From assembly GCA_963770935.1 (NCBI GenBank), contig CAVYRJ010000007.1, forward strand, positions 69,105-133,104: DNA of 64,000 nt, given 5' to 3'. Source of the DNA: Candidatus Bathyarchaeota archaeon (GTDB taxonomy: Archaea; Thermoproteota; Bathyarchaeia; Bathyarchaeales; Bathycorpusculaceae). The position numbers were made by a program, and so were the translations under genes. Under the pieces are notes generated by a model that worked only from the letters and a program-made list of their open reading frames with translations, did not search any database and was not told where the DNA came from. This document shows, in pieces, positions 49,308 through 59,319 of the stretch (the stretch's first letter is position 1; each line of letters opens with the position of its first letter).

Positions 49308-49555
49308 TTGGATTCAACGACGCTTATGGTGTAGTTGTCTTTGGTTGGGTTTGCCAATAGGCGTTTGCTCATTTCTTCCGCTTTTGCTTTGGCTTCTTTT
49401 GGTGAGGATGCTTCAAGGTTGACGGTGTAGACTTTGCTTACATCCACTGCTTCTACCTTGTAGCCGAGTTCCACAAGTAAACGTGCGGTTGTTTCGCCTT
49501 CCGGGTTGCTATGTCCGGGTTTGAGGCTGACTTCTATTTTGGCAGCGTATTTCAT
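49304..49555 (-). CDS. purS: FGAM synthase subunit PurS
   Basis: LKPGHSNPEG, LLANP..DNY; directly upstream of purL. Confidence 0.93.
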   Translation of the reverse strand: MKYAAKIEVSLKPGHSNPEGETTARLLVELGYKVEAVDVSKVYTVNLEASSPKEAKAKAEEMSKRLLANPTKDNYTISVVESK

Positions 49556-49613
49556 AATCCTCTAAATTAGGCACTCGGGATTTAAACGCTTTCGTCAAAA
49601 AGAATGCAAAACT

Positions 49614-50696
49614 TTACGTTAAAACCATGTGTTTGTTTTTGGATTCTATTTCCACTACTCTTTCCTTGTTGGTTACTTTGCCTATTAACTCTGGTTTTAC
49701 TCCATTCTCCTCGAGTTTGATCATGGCTTTGTCAACATCTATTTTGTCCACGATTATGCCAAAGCCCCAGCCCATATTAAACGTCTTAAACATTTCCTCG
49801 TCAGTTATGGTGTAGCCGAGTTCAGCAGCGGTTTTTTGTATTAAGCCAAAGATTGGTTGAGGCTTAAAGTTGTTGAATCTAAAACCTATGCCTGACGAGT
49901 AGTTTGCTAAGTTGTTGAACTTAGTGAAGGAGTCTCCTGTTATGTGCACGGCAGCTTTTACTTTGATTTCACGCGCCAGTTTCAGGAGCGGCTTTACATA
50001 AATTTTGGTAGGCTCCAAAACTTCAAGCGCAACTTCCCTGTCTAGGCCTTCTGGAATATCGTTGGGCATGTATTTACCTCCCCACTGTTTGAAGAGGATT
50101 TTCCGCACCAGTGTGATGCCATTGCTGTGAACACCGCTGCTGGCTAAACCAATGATGGGGTCGCCAGGCTTGATGCCCTCGCCTGTGATAATGTCTTGGC
50201 GCTCCACCTTGCCCACTGAGGAGACTACCATGTCGAACCCAGCGTTTTCCGCTATGCCTTTTATGATTTCGGCTACGTCTCCTGTTTCGCCACCTGTCAC
50301 TGGGCACTCTGATTCGTGGGCGCCTTGGATGATGCCTTTTAGCCATGCGTTTACAAGTTTGGGTTCGCTGGCTTGAGCGTGAATATTGTCTGCAATCGAG
50401 AGGGGTTTAGCTCCAGATCGGATAACGTCGTTGACTGCCATAGCGACTGCATCAACCCCTATAGTATCGTATTTCTGGGCTAATTCTGCGATGAGAACCT
50501 TGGTGCCTACACCCTCAATGACCAAATCTAAAAACGTGTTTTCACCAATGGCAAAGATGTTACCATAAGGGAGATGCATAACGCCACCGTATTGGCTATG
50601 CTGGTAAGTTTCATGAAGATTTTTTAGTTCTTTTTTGGATTCTACGCGTTGTTTACGGTTCACGCCTGCATCTGTGTAAGTGAAGTTTTTGGGCAT
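49614..50696 (-). CDS. purM: AIR synthetase
   Basis: YTDAGVN, GVGTKV, GGET, SSGVHSNG, LEPTKIY, HITG, TFNMG.G. Confidence 0.95.
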   Translation of the reverse strand: MPKNFTYTDAGVNRKQRVESKKELKNLHETYQHSQYGGVMHLPYGNIFAIGENTFLDLVIEGVGTKVLIAELAQKYDTIGVDAVAMAVNDVIRSGAKPLSIADNIHAQASEPKLVNAWLKGIIQGAHESECPVTGGETGDVAEIIKGIAENAGFDMVVSSVGKVERQDIITGEGIKPGDPIIGLASSGVHSNGITLVRKILFKQWGGKYMPNDIPEGLDREVALEVLEPTKIYVKPLLKLAREIKVKAAVHITGDSFTKFNNLANYSSGIGFRFNNFKPQPIFGLIQKTAAELGYTITDEEMFKTFNMGWGFGIIVDKIDVDKAMIKLEENGVKPELIGKVTNKERVVEIESKNKHMVLT

Positions 50697-51012
50697 AGCT
50701 ACGTTTCTCCTCGCACGCTAAATGATTAAGTAACTGTCTCATAACGATTTTGTTTCCAGAAGTTCCTTGTGCAGGTTGCTGCGTAATGTTTTTCTTTTCT
50801 TGTTTGGTTTGCTGACGTGTTTGGCCTTCAGCTAATAATGTTCAGTTAAGCGGTGATTATACTGCCTTTTCGTTTGTGATAGACCAGCAAACCAGCTTCT
50901 TCCAAGTGGAATAGGAAAACGATTTTTGAAAACCGAGTTTAGGTTTCGATAGCTTCTTCTCTGATTCTAACAAAAAATAAAAAAGGAAAGTTAATTGGTA
51001 GCTCTGTTGTTT

Positions 51013-53667
51013 TTATGGTCGTTTTCTGAGCACTAGGATTATTACGACGCCTATTATGGCCATGAATACGAACAAGCCGGCGATTGCGGGAACAAAGTAT
51101 GTGTCAGCGATAGATTGTGCCTGTGGTGTTGGTGCAGGAGTGCTAGCTGGTGCTTCTCCTACTGCCATGTAGGTTGTTGCTGTCGATGTGCCGTAGGATT
51201 TGGATCCGTCAAAGGTTGCGATAATTTGATATGTGCCTGGAATTTCTGGTGTGAAGAGAAGCCCATAGTTGCCATTTATGTCTGAGGTAGTGGTTCCGAT
51301 GGGTATGTAGTTGCCGTTGGGGTCAATAGTGGCTAAGTTTACTGGAACACCTTTTGCGTCTGCTGGGTATATTTGTTGCATGAACTTGTATTCCATCCAT
51401 GACTGCATGTCCTCGTCAGCTATTGCGGGAGTGCCCTTCAGAGTGAAATCTAACATATCATTAGCGTTGTGACTACCTGATGGAGACTGATCAGTGACTG
51501 TGCCTTCTATTAGGACGCTGTTGCCATATTCCGAGACTTTGGGTGATGTTGTGACTGTTGTAGCACTTGGTCCTCTGCCAAAGCAGTAAATCTTGTTATC
51601 AAAGTAGTTAAGACCTAAAACTTTCTCATCTGCCAATTGCATATACATTCCAGTAAGATGTGCACCGCCGTTTGCTCCAAAGCCCATAATTTTCCATATT
51701 TCTTCTCCATTTGTTGCATTAATGCAGCGTATGTTAGGTCCACGCCACATTGGCTGAGTAATTGAATGCTCACCAGTGAGGGTGTAGATTTTTCCATCGC
51801 AGATAGCGAAAATGTTGACTGGATAGTTGCCATAAGGCGATTCAAAGCCGACATTTGATGCTGTGTAATTCCAAACTTGCTTTCCTGTTTTTATGTCATA
51901 AGCGATAACTACTCCTCCATAGCCACTAGTGAAAAGCATCCCATTGTAGTAATTAACTTGCATACTGTAGTAGTTCATTTGTGGTTCTTGGTCAGTAACC
52001 CAGAGTTGCTGTCCTGTCCTCATGTCATAACCCCAGTATCTCAAGTATTTAGAGCCTCCAAGCGTTACAGTGTTTCCGCACAAGAACACACCATCTTCTG
52101 GATATATCGCTTGTAACACTAAGCTTGCGTTAGATGATGTTTCAGCATATGGGTCAGAGAAGTATGTTTCCCATAGTTTTTTGCCTTCTTCCCCTTGTCT
52201 GAGACTTACGGCCAGTAGATAGCCCTTAACATCTCCTCTCTCGTCATTTCTTCCCGCCGTTCCAATGATTACGTATTGGTCTTCACGTACGCAACGAATT
52301 GTGCCTGTTTCATTAAGCAGCGAATTTCGAGGACCTAAAACACTTGGTATTGATACGTTGAGTGAAAAAGCCTTGTTTCCGTCATGTACGTATTCCCCAG
52401 CAAGTAATTGACCTCTTCCGCCTGTTCCTGGTCTCCATTGCCAATAGTTAGTTCCGGAATCGCCTAACAGTTCTGAAGGTATTGCAGATGAGTTCCATAC
52501 TTGTAAATAGTAATTGGGATTTGTTGTGGTTCCTAGGTTGACAAGATTGAATCGCAGTATGCTTCCGTCTTTTCCGTAAACAGCTGTACCGCTTGAAGTC
52601 ACGTTGGCTATCTTGCATATTGATTTCAAGGTGTATCCGTCAAGCATTTCCCAGACTGTGCCATTAACGCCGCCAGGGTTAGTTATTGTAACACCTGATG
52701 TCCTCCATAAGTATGAGTAGCCGCCATGTTGATTAGGTGACTCGTAATTGTAGATTTGACCGAATGCTGGCATAGTTTGATTTATAAAGTATAATGTTTC
52801 ACCACTATACAAATCAACACATAACATACCTTCTGCCTTTGTATTGTCTGCACGTGGGCTGTACCACACTTTTCCGTTAAGAACGATTGCCGTCCAACTG
52901 AGACCTTGGTAGTGTCCTGTCATATAGCCCGTCTGGTTGAATCCTTCCTCCATTATCCCACCGATATAATAGGGTTTAGACCAAAGTACGTGTGCACTCT
53001 CCGGTCCCTCTCCTTGAACAAGACGTGTGGAAGTTCCACCTGCAGCACCTAATGGTTGTTCATGAGCACCGCCAAGCCAGTTTCCTCCGAGGATGTACCA
53101 GTTTCTATTTGCGCTATTAATTGGGCGTGTCCAATAGTCTTGCGGAACGGGTGACTCAGACCAAGGTTGTACGGGTTCTTGCTGGACTGTAAATTTACAA
53201 ATCGGGCTGACAGCGTCGCTATAGTAAGCTTTCGTAGTAGTTGTATTCTTCCATGCTGCTGGGAAAATGGATTGCACACTATATGTACCAACTATTTCTG
53301 GGGAATATGTAATGTATCCGCCGCCGACAGGATCAGTATAGGGTATGGTGAAGGTCTGTGTTGTATTGTCCGGCTTCGTGATGTGTATTTGTATTCCATA
53401 CCAGCCAGCTCTACCGCTTGGACTGGTTATGTTACCTACGGTTTCACCGATGTCTGGCGGCATATCTGAAGTCCAAGTAACAAGACTTACCAGCTGTCCA
53501 ACACCGACAACATCAGCGCCGCTAGCAACGTAAATATACGAAGTATACTTATTTACCGTCTGAGCATTAACGATTGGAAAAGTAAGCAACGGAATAGACA
53601 TAGAAAGCACGAGACTAAGAGCAATAATAATAATACCATTTTTTGTTTGTTTTTTTGAAAAGTACAT
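51013..53667 (-). CDS. Large secreted PQQ-like beta-propeller surface protein with C-terminal membrane anchor
   Basis: Signal peptide, repeated A/G.D..TG...W propeller motifs, S/T/P linker, terminal TM helix followed by RKRP. Confidence 0.85.
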   Translation of the reverse strand: MYFSKKQTKNGIIIIALSLVLSMSIPLLTFPIVNAQTVNKYTSYIYVASGADVVGVGQLVSLVTWTSDMPPDIGETVGNITSPSGRAGWYGIQIHITKPDNTTQTFTIPYTDPVGGGYITYSPEIVGTYSVQSIFPAAWKNTTTTKAYYSDAVSPICKFTVQQEPVQPWSESPVPQDYWTRPINSANRNWYILGGNWLGGAHEQPLGAAGGTSTRLVQGEGPESAHVLWSKPYYIGGIMEEGFNQTGYMTGHYQGLSWTAIVLNGKVWYSPRADNTKAEGMLCVDLYSGETLYFINQTMPAFGQIYNYESPNQHGGYSYLWRTSGVTITNPGGVNGTVWEMLDGYTLKSICKIANVTSSGTAVYGKDGSILRFNLVNLGTTTNPNYYLQVWNSSAIPSELLGDSGTNYWQWRPGTGGRGQLLAGEYVHDGNKAFSLNVSIPSVLGPRNSLLNETGTIRCVREDQYVIIGTAGRNDERGDVKGYLLAVSLRQGEEGKKLWETYFSDPYAETSSNASLVLQAIYPEDGVFLCGNTVTLGGSKYLRYWGYDMRTGQQLWVTDQEPQMNYYSMQVNYYNGMLFTSGYGGVVIAYDIKTGKQVWNYTASNVGFESPYGNYPVNIFAICDGKIYTLTGEHSITQPMWRGPNIRCINATNGEEIWKIMGFGANGGAHLTGMYMQLADEKVLGLNYFDNKIYCFGRGPSATTVTTSPKVSEYGNSVLIEGTVTDQSPSGSHNANDMLDFTLKGTPAIADEDMQSWMEYKFMQQIYPADAKGVPVNLATIDPNGNYIPIGTTTSDINGNYGLLFTPEIPGTYQIIATFDGSKSYGTSTATTYMAVGEAPASTPAPTPQAQSIADTYFVPAIAGLFVFMAIIGVVIILVLRKRP

Positions 53668-53824
53668 GTATTTTCTCCTTTTTTATACCGAGTTGTTCCC
53701 TAAATTTAATAAAGACTTGTGACTGCTTCAAGCACTCACAGTTTTTTCAGAAGTCTTATAAGTTCAAGACCTAAATACGGGAATACGAACCGACTCTCTT
53801 ACAAAGAAGGGAAAGTGCCTAAAT

Positions 53825-54649
53825 ATGAAAAAAGAAGACCTCACCGTCTTCACCAACCTGGGCTTAACTATAAGGCAAGCGCAAGTTTACTTAGCTGTCG
53901 CTACATTAGGACAGGCAAAAGTTGCAACAATGGCAAAAAAAGTTCAAGCAGATAGAGCAGAAATATACCGCGCTCTACCCAAACTGGAACAACTCAGGTT
54001 AGTGGAAAGGCAACTGACAACCCCTCTGATTTTTAAGGCAGTGCCAATAAGTGAAGCATTCAGAATCTTGTTGAAGTTGGACGCCAAGAGACATTACGAA
54101 TTTAAGGCTGACGCTAAACAGTTTGTAAAAAACTATGATGAACAACCCCTTGAAAGCCCAGAGGAGCCCCAATACCGCATAACTTTGGGAGAAAAAGCTG
54201 AAGTCAGAGAATATATTAAAGATACTGTGCAAACTCAGTCGAGCAAGGATAGCATTTTCGCTTGGAACCCCATGGTTTATGTGCTTAACAAGTACGCTGA
54301 CTTTCATGTTAAAACATTGAAAAGAGGTGTAAGGTATCGTTATATTACTCAAGTTCCCAAAGACGCGAAGATGCCGCAAATCATTCAAGCCTTAATGGAA
54401 ACAGGTAACCTTGAGATAAAATCAGTATTGAAAGATCCAAAAGTAGGTATAAGTATTTTTGATAGAAGCAATGTTAACATTGTTATTTTTCCGAGCTCTT
54501 CCCGCAAGGAAATGCAAGTTTTAAGATCAAGCAACTCTGATTTAGTTGATTCTCTACAAGACTATTTTGATATAAAATGGCAGTCAGCGGCAATGCCCTG
54601 CTGGCACGAGACTTCCAAAGTTGAAAAATGCATAAACAAAATCCTTTAA
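53825..54649 (+). CDS. TrmB family transcriptional regulator
   Basis: LGLT.RQAQVYL, RAEIYRAL.KL..L.LVE, FKAVP; divergent from the surface-protein gene. Confidence 0.88.
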   Translation: MKKEDLTVFTNLGLTIRQAQVYLAVATLGQAKVATMAKKVQADRAEIYRALPKLEQLRLVERQLTTPLIFKAVPISEAFRILLKLDAKRHYEFKADAKQFVKNYDEQPLESPEEPQYRITLGEKAEVREYIKDTVQTQSSKDSIFAWNPMVYVLNKYADFHVKTLKRGVRYRYITQVPKDAKMPQIIQALMETGNLEIKSVLKDPKVGISIFDRSNVNIVIFPSSSRKEMQVLRSSNSDLVDSLQDYFDIKWQSAAMPCWHETSKVEKCINKIL

Positions 54650-55032
54650 GTCTGCCTATTGCTTGGTCGCTTAGACATGTCTATTACGTTTAGCGCGGCG
54701 CAGGTACCCATTTAATCCCTCTGGTGTTTAATGATTTCTGAAGAAAGTTCCCAAGCCTAAAAATCCCCTAAACTGAGTACAACGTTCATTATATCATGTG
54801 CTTTGGACCCCCTTGAGAAATTAATTGGAAAAATAAGTCATGATCTATCGCGATTAACATTAGAAATTAACAATATACTTTTTTTATGCATTAATTTCAT
54901 ATTTTTTGAAGTTTTCCTTTTGGTCAAGTACCAGTATCTGAGTCATAATCTAAGTCGTAATCTTCATCTACCTCAATAATGTCACAGAAAAAGCTATTTC
55001 ATAAAAAGACGCTAAAACATTGAAATCTCACC

Positions 55033-55149
55033 GATTTTGAAGGCATCAGAGTTACCGTGTTCGATGACCGAGATAACTGGAAGTTTGCAATCATACGTCA
55101 ACCAACAAACTGCGCATACAACGTCGGCATTGATAGAATCCTAAAATAG
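55033..55149 (+). pseudogene. 3' remnant paralogous to the TIR-like gene at 59978-60827
   Basis: DFEGIRVTVFDDRDNWKFAIIRQPTNCAYNVGIDRILK* versus DLEGMKVTAFDDQDSWKLALIRELTNCGYTVNADRILK*; 95 of 117 nt identical by hand count. Confidence 0.85.
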
Positions 55150-55174
55150 GCGGGGATATAAGAACTGAGTTTTG

Positions 55175-56437
55175 TCAACGTCTACTTTTTTTTATTTTAA
55201 TGGCTATTATTGATGGTACAGAAATAATCAATAGGAGCAGAGCCATCAAAGCTGAAAACTCTGGAACTATGGGTGAGGGCGATGTTAGCGATGAAGAAGT
55301 TGGTTGTTGATTGGCAATTGCTCCGATGGCGTAGATGTAGTAGTCGTTTGAGCCTATGTATACGACGCCGTTAGCAACAGAGGTAAAAGATTCCACGTCA
55401 CCGTCGGTTTTGTAGCTCCATATTTTTTCACCGGTTTTAGCGTCCAAAGCATAAACATAATCATCTTTAGAGCCAATGTAAACCACGCCACTTGCGACAG
55501 CCGCATACGAGTCTATAGCGTCTCCAGTCTCATAGCTCCAAAGCTTTTGGCCCGTTGCAGCGTTCAAAGCATACACATTGTGGTCATCTGACCCAAAATA
55601 GACAATGCCATCCGCAACCGCAGGCGACGAAGTTACATAACCGTCTGTTGTGAAATTCCAAATTTTAGCGCCATCCTCGGCGTCCAATGCGTACAGATTG
55701 TGGTCGTTTGAGCCAAAGTAAACGATGCCGCCCACAACTGCAGGAGAAGAATACATAGAATCCTTCGGCTTAAAACTCCAGATTTTGCTGCCTGTCGTAG
55801 CGTCTAAAGCGTAGACGTAATCCCAAGAGGTAACGTAGACCACGCCATTAACAACGGCCGGAGAAGACCACACATAATTACTTGTTTGGAAGCTCCAGAT
55901 TTTGCTGCCATCTTCAACATTCAGCGCGTAGACATAATGGTCGTTTGAGCCGACATACAATACTCCGTCAACGACGACTGGCGAAGAATACACTTGGTTT
56001 CCTGTTGTGTAATTCCATATTTTGCTCCCAGTTTTGGCGTTTAAAGCGTAAACATTGTGGTCTAGGGACCCGACAAAGACTACATCGTTAACAACCGCGG
56101 CAATAGATTTAATTGAATACTCCGCCGCGAAACTCCATATTTTATTGCCTGTTGCAGCATCCAAGGCATAAACGGTGCGATCCTGCGAGCCGACATATGC
56201 AACACCATTTACGATTGATGGAGAAGAATATTCAACAGAATTGCCAGTTTTGAATTTCCAAAGAGTTTGATTGGTCAATGGTCCCGCTGAAGTAGAGTAG
56301 CCGGTGTGGGCTGCATCATGATGGAACATAGACCACCAGTCTAGAGTGTTTTGTTGAGCTTCAATTCTGGGTGTGAACAATATCAACGTGGATAAAAGAA
56401 AGAGCGCTAATGTGATCGCGAATTTTTTGCTGTTAAT
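55175..56437 (-). CDS. Secreted PQQ-like (BamB-type) beta-propeller protein with PEF-CTERM-like sorting tail
   Basis: Many repeats SSPAV..G.VY.GS.D..VYALDA.TG..IW; C-terminus VPEF, TM helix, basic tail; start uncertain (ATT 56437 proposed, track ATG 56494). Confidence 0.88.
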   Translation of the reverse strand: MNSKKFAITLALFLLSTLILFTPRIEAQQNTLDWWSMFHHDAAHTGYSTSAGPLTNQTLWKFKTGNSVEYSSPSIVNGVAYVGSQDRTVYALDAATGNKIWSFAAEYSIKSIAAVVNDVVFVGSLDHNVYALNAKTGSKIWNYTTGNQVYSSPVVVDGVLYVGSNDHYVYALNVEDGSKIWSFQTSNYVWSSPAVVNGVVYVTSWDYVYALDATTGSKIWSFKPKDSMYSSPAVVGGIVYFGSNDHNLYALDAEDGAKIWNFTTDGYVTSSPAVADGIVYFGSDDHNVYALNAATGQKLWSYETGDAIDSYAAVASGVVYIGSKDDYVYALDAKTGEKIWSYKTDGDVESFTSVANGVVYIGSNDYYIYAIGAIANQQPTSSSLTSPSPIVPEFSALMALLLLIISVPSIIAIKIKKSRR

Positions 56438-56672
56438 CCTATCAACCTCCTTTCCATTGGTTGGATAATCCAACCAGAATATATGTATTCTCATAATTCA
56501 AGTCTTTTTGGACTAAAATTTTTTCAATCCATCCATATAAGACATCAAAATCCTTCAACAATCAGAGGGGCATGCAGTCAAAAGATTGGAATTTTGAAAA
56601 TATTTGCTGTATTCTGTTGCATTCCAAAATTTTTTAAACAACGTCTATTACAATTATGTTCAGGTGTTTTGT

Positions 56673-56984
56673 ATGCCAACATCAACAACCTCAATTGATC
56701 GATATTCGATCAACTATTATTCAAATACGTCTACCCCCACAATTTCCCTTTGGAAAAACGGCGTAAATAGAAATGTTGCGTCCCTCGCTTTTCTACGCAA
56801 AGAGTCAGCTCTGCCTAGAGATTACTCCCGTGATGGAACTGCATTTCTCTTCTACCGCTTAGAAGACTATCCCAACATTGTTGATCTGCTTAGAAACGAA
56901 AAACCAGTGTTTCTTTTTTGGGACGAAACCGCCTATTCAATCATAACCAGCACGAGTGAGTCGGTGGGTGAAGGAGAAAAATAA
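56673..56984 (+). CDS. Hypothetical protein
   Basis: ATG 56673; globular composition with motif DLLRNEKPV...SVGEGE. Confidence 0.7.
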   Translation: MPTSTTSIDRYSINYYSNTSTPTISLWKNGVNRNVASLAFLRKESALPRDYSRDGTAFLFYRLEDYPNIVDLLRNEKPVFLFWDETAYSIITSTSESVGEGEK

Positions 56985-57258
56985 AAAGTAATAATCTAAA
57001 TCTACTTGAATTTGCCTTTATTGCTTGCAGAACTAGCTACCATTATCAAAAAAGGTTGACGGAAACCTATCAATAAGTCTATCCTCCTTTTTTTGTGAAG
57101 CAATTTAGGCATCATTTACGGGTTTTTCGCGCGATAATGAAATTTTAAGCGATACTTTTCTTAATGAATTAACCTTCTGACATGACCCCTGTATTTCCTC
57201 TTTTAACGTTTGTCAAACACTATAAATAACAGAAACCACTTTTCCCAGAGCCAAACTG

Positions 57259-58087
57259 TTGGTGAACGCTTTGACTGTAAACGTTGAAGTCATCTGCATT
57301 GGTAACGAATTGCTTATAGGCAAAATAGAAAACACCAACGCAACCTGGCTGGCAAAACAAATCTCACGGCTAGGCGCCAACCTGACGCGGGTAACAGTTA
57401 TCCAAGACATCGTTGAAGAAATCGCAGACACAATCAACGAAGTCGTAGCTAGGAAACCACAATTTATAATCACTACAGGTGGATTAGGACCAACCTTTGA
57501 CGATATGACCTTGCAGGGAGTCGCAAAAGCGTTAAACCGCAAACTAGAAGTAAATCCAGAAGCGCTGGCATTTGTAAAGCAACGCTGCACTGAATATGCC
57601 AAAAAAAGAGGCTATCCAACAGAAATTGAGTTAACGCAACCCAGAGTTAAAATGGCAACTCTGCCAGAGAGAACTGAAGTCGTTAATAACCCAATTGGCA
57701 CTGCCCCAGGCATAAGAGTCGACATTTATAGAACCGTCCTGTTTGTGTTGCCAGGTGTGCCCCCTGAGATGGAGGCAATTTTCGTTGGAAACTATATCGC
57801 CGTTGCTTAAGGAGGCTGCTCTTGGACGCGTGTTCTGTGAGCGAAGCGTTTTTGCTGAAAACATCTTTGAGTCCAAATTGGCGCCATTAATTGATCAGGT
57901 TATGAGCGATAATTCGGGTGTTTATGTTAAGTCTCATCCGTTTAACAAAACCAAGCCACAGGTGGAACTTCATCTAACGATAAACGCAGCTCAAGAATGC
58001 AATCCTGCGGAAAAACTTCGGAAAGCCTCTGAACATCTTGTGGATTTAATCGCGAAGAATGGTGGAACAATCAAAGCGAATTGCTAA
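57259..58087 (+). pseudogene. cinA: CinA-like (molybdopterin-binding domain) protein split by a +1 frameshift
   Basis: IGNELLIG...NTNA, TTGGLGPTFDD.T, NPIGTAPG, LPGVP.EM; continues in the +1 frame after about 57785 (ETISPLLK...YVKSHP). Confidence 0.82.
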
Positions 58088-58104
58088 AGGCAGTTCTGTA
58101 GGTT

Positions 58105-58356
58105 TTAGAATGAGCGAAAGCCGATAAAGCGAGGAACTATCCTGCAATAATTTTCATAGGGCTCTCCATACTTTTCTTTTAACCACGGTTCTTCGTTGAA
58201 TGTGGTGATCAGAAACAACAAAATTGCGAAGGCACGGTAATTAGAGCCATAAAAGAAGCAGTAAGAAAAAAAATGTCCCGTGAAAAGAACAATGAAACCG
58301 ACGTATTGGGGGTTGCGTGTATAACGATATACAGTTTTAAGCGTTTGGATTGCAGA
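58105..58356 (-). pseudogene. 3' remnant of an isoprenylcysteine/phospholipid methyltransferase family gene
   Basis: Start-less open frame VYRYTRNPQYVG...NEEPWLKEKYGEPYENYCRIVPRFI*. Confidence 0.7.
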
Positions 58357-58391
58357 TTAACTTGAAAAAATAATTTTGCGAGTTAAAGTTT

Positions 58392-58502
58392 TCAGTGCAT
58401 TCCAGTAAAATTTCCAACAATACCTGAAATCAAAAGAGTCAACAAAAAAATTGCAGTAGATATGCCCCCAACTCTCAAGGTGACTTTATTCTTTATTTTC
58501 AT
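58392..58502 (-). CDS. Possible 36-aa membrane peptide
   Basis: MKIKNKVTLRVGGISTAIFLLTLLISGIVGNFTGMH*: basic N-terminus plus one hydrophobic helix. Confidence 0.35.
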   Translation of the reverse strand: MKIKNKVTLRVGGISTAIFLLTLLISGIVGNFTGMH

Positions 58503-58795
58503 TGTTTTCTAAAATTTATTTATTTTTTAATTCTAATGTTATGTGAGCGTTAAAATTTTGAAATGCTTTCCTTGAAAATCTAATTGGTGGTGCTCTATTG
58601 CGGATTAGAGTTTAATTCAACCAAATACATTAAGTTCTCGTAAACAAATTATTCTGATTTGTTTGTCTTTGTTTTCTTGTTCTTTTAAGCAAATGATACA
58701 AGCCATGTTCACCACAAAAGACTCCGATAGTTGGCAAAATAATCGAGAGCCAAATAGATGGATGTATTGCTCCGAAACCAAAAGTTGTGAGGGCA

Positions 58796-59143
58796 TCATT
58801 TAAGGGCGTTGTAAATAGGAGGTTGTATTAACAAATCTTTGATGTACGTGCCTAAAGTAATGATTAGTATCAACATTATCCATATGAAAAATATGGACTT
58901 CGCAAGCTTAGCCTTAAATCTCAAGTTCCATAATTCGGAAATTAAAAAAGTAAAAGTCGACACCATTAGAACCAGCAAAAAATCTGTCGTCTTAAAATCA
59001 ACAATAGGGTCAACAGCAGGGCCTATCAAATATATAGCAAATAAAGCAGCACCCATTTCTAACATAAGAACAATCAAAACAACAGCGATAAGAATCCTAA
59101 ACTTTGAGCCCATCTTCACACTAAGGAAACTCTGAGCTGCCAT
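58796..59143 (-). CDS. Small membrane protein (about three TM helices)
   Basis: ATG start with three hydrophobic segments. Confidence 0.6.
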   Translation of the reverse strand: MAAQSFLSVKMGSKFRILIAVVLIVLMLEMGAALFAIYLIGPAVDPIVDFKTTDFLLVLMVSTFTFLISELWNLRFKAKLAKSIFFIWIMLILIITLGTYIKDLLIQPPIYNALK

Positions 59144-59319
59144 CGCTTAAGGTAATTGTTATTCAGTAATAATTATTATAAAGTCAGTTATCCGATGTCG
59201 CAATTACAATTTAGCAAAGGCGTACACTTAATTGTGGAGCTTACGATGAATATGACGCGTTTGTGTTCGAAAAAAAATAAAGCCACTTATATACCTACAA
59301 TCAACTAAAAGAATTTGAA

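Noticed and set aside
50820-50900. Minus-strand fragment HLEEAGLLVYHKRKG, faintly like an ArsR-type HTH end
   Set aside because: Too short, with no start or second motif; could be chance.
58617-58799. 60-aa minus-strand ORF overlapping the end of the small membrane gene
   Set aside because: No recognisable motif; it may be a decayed membrane gene but I cannot support a call.
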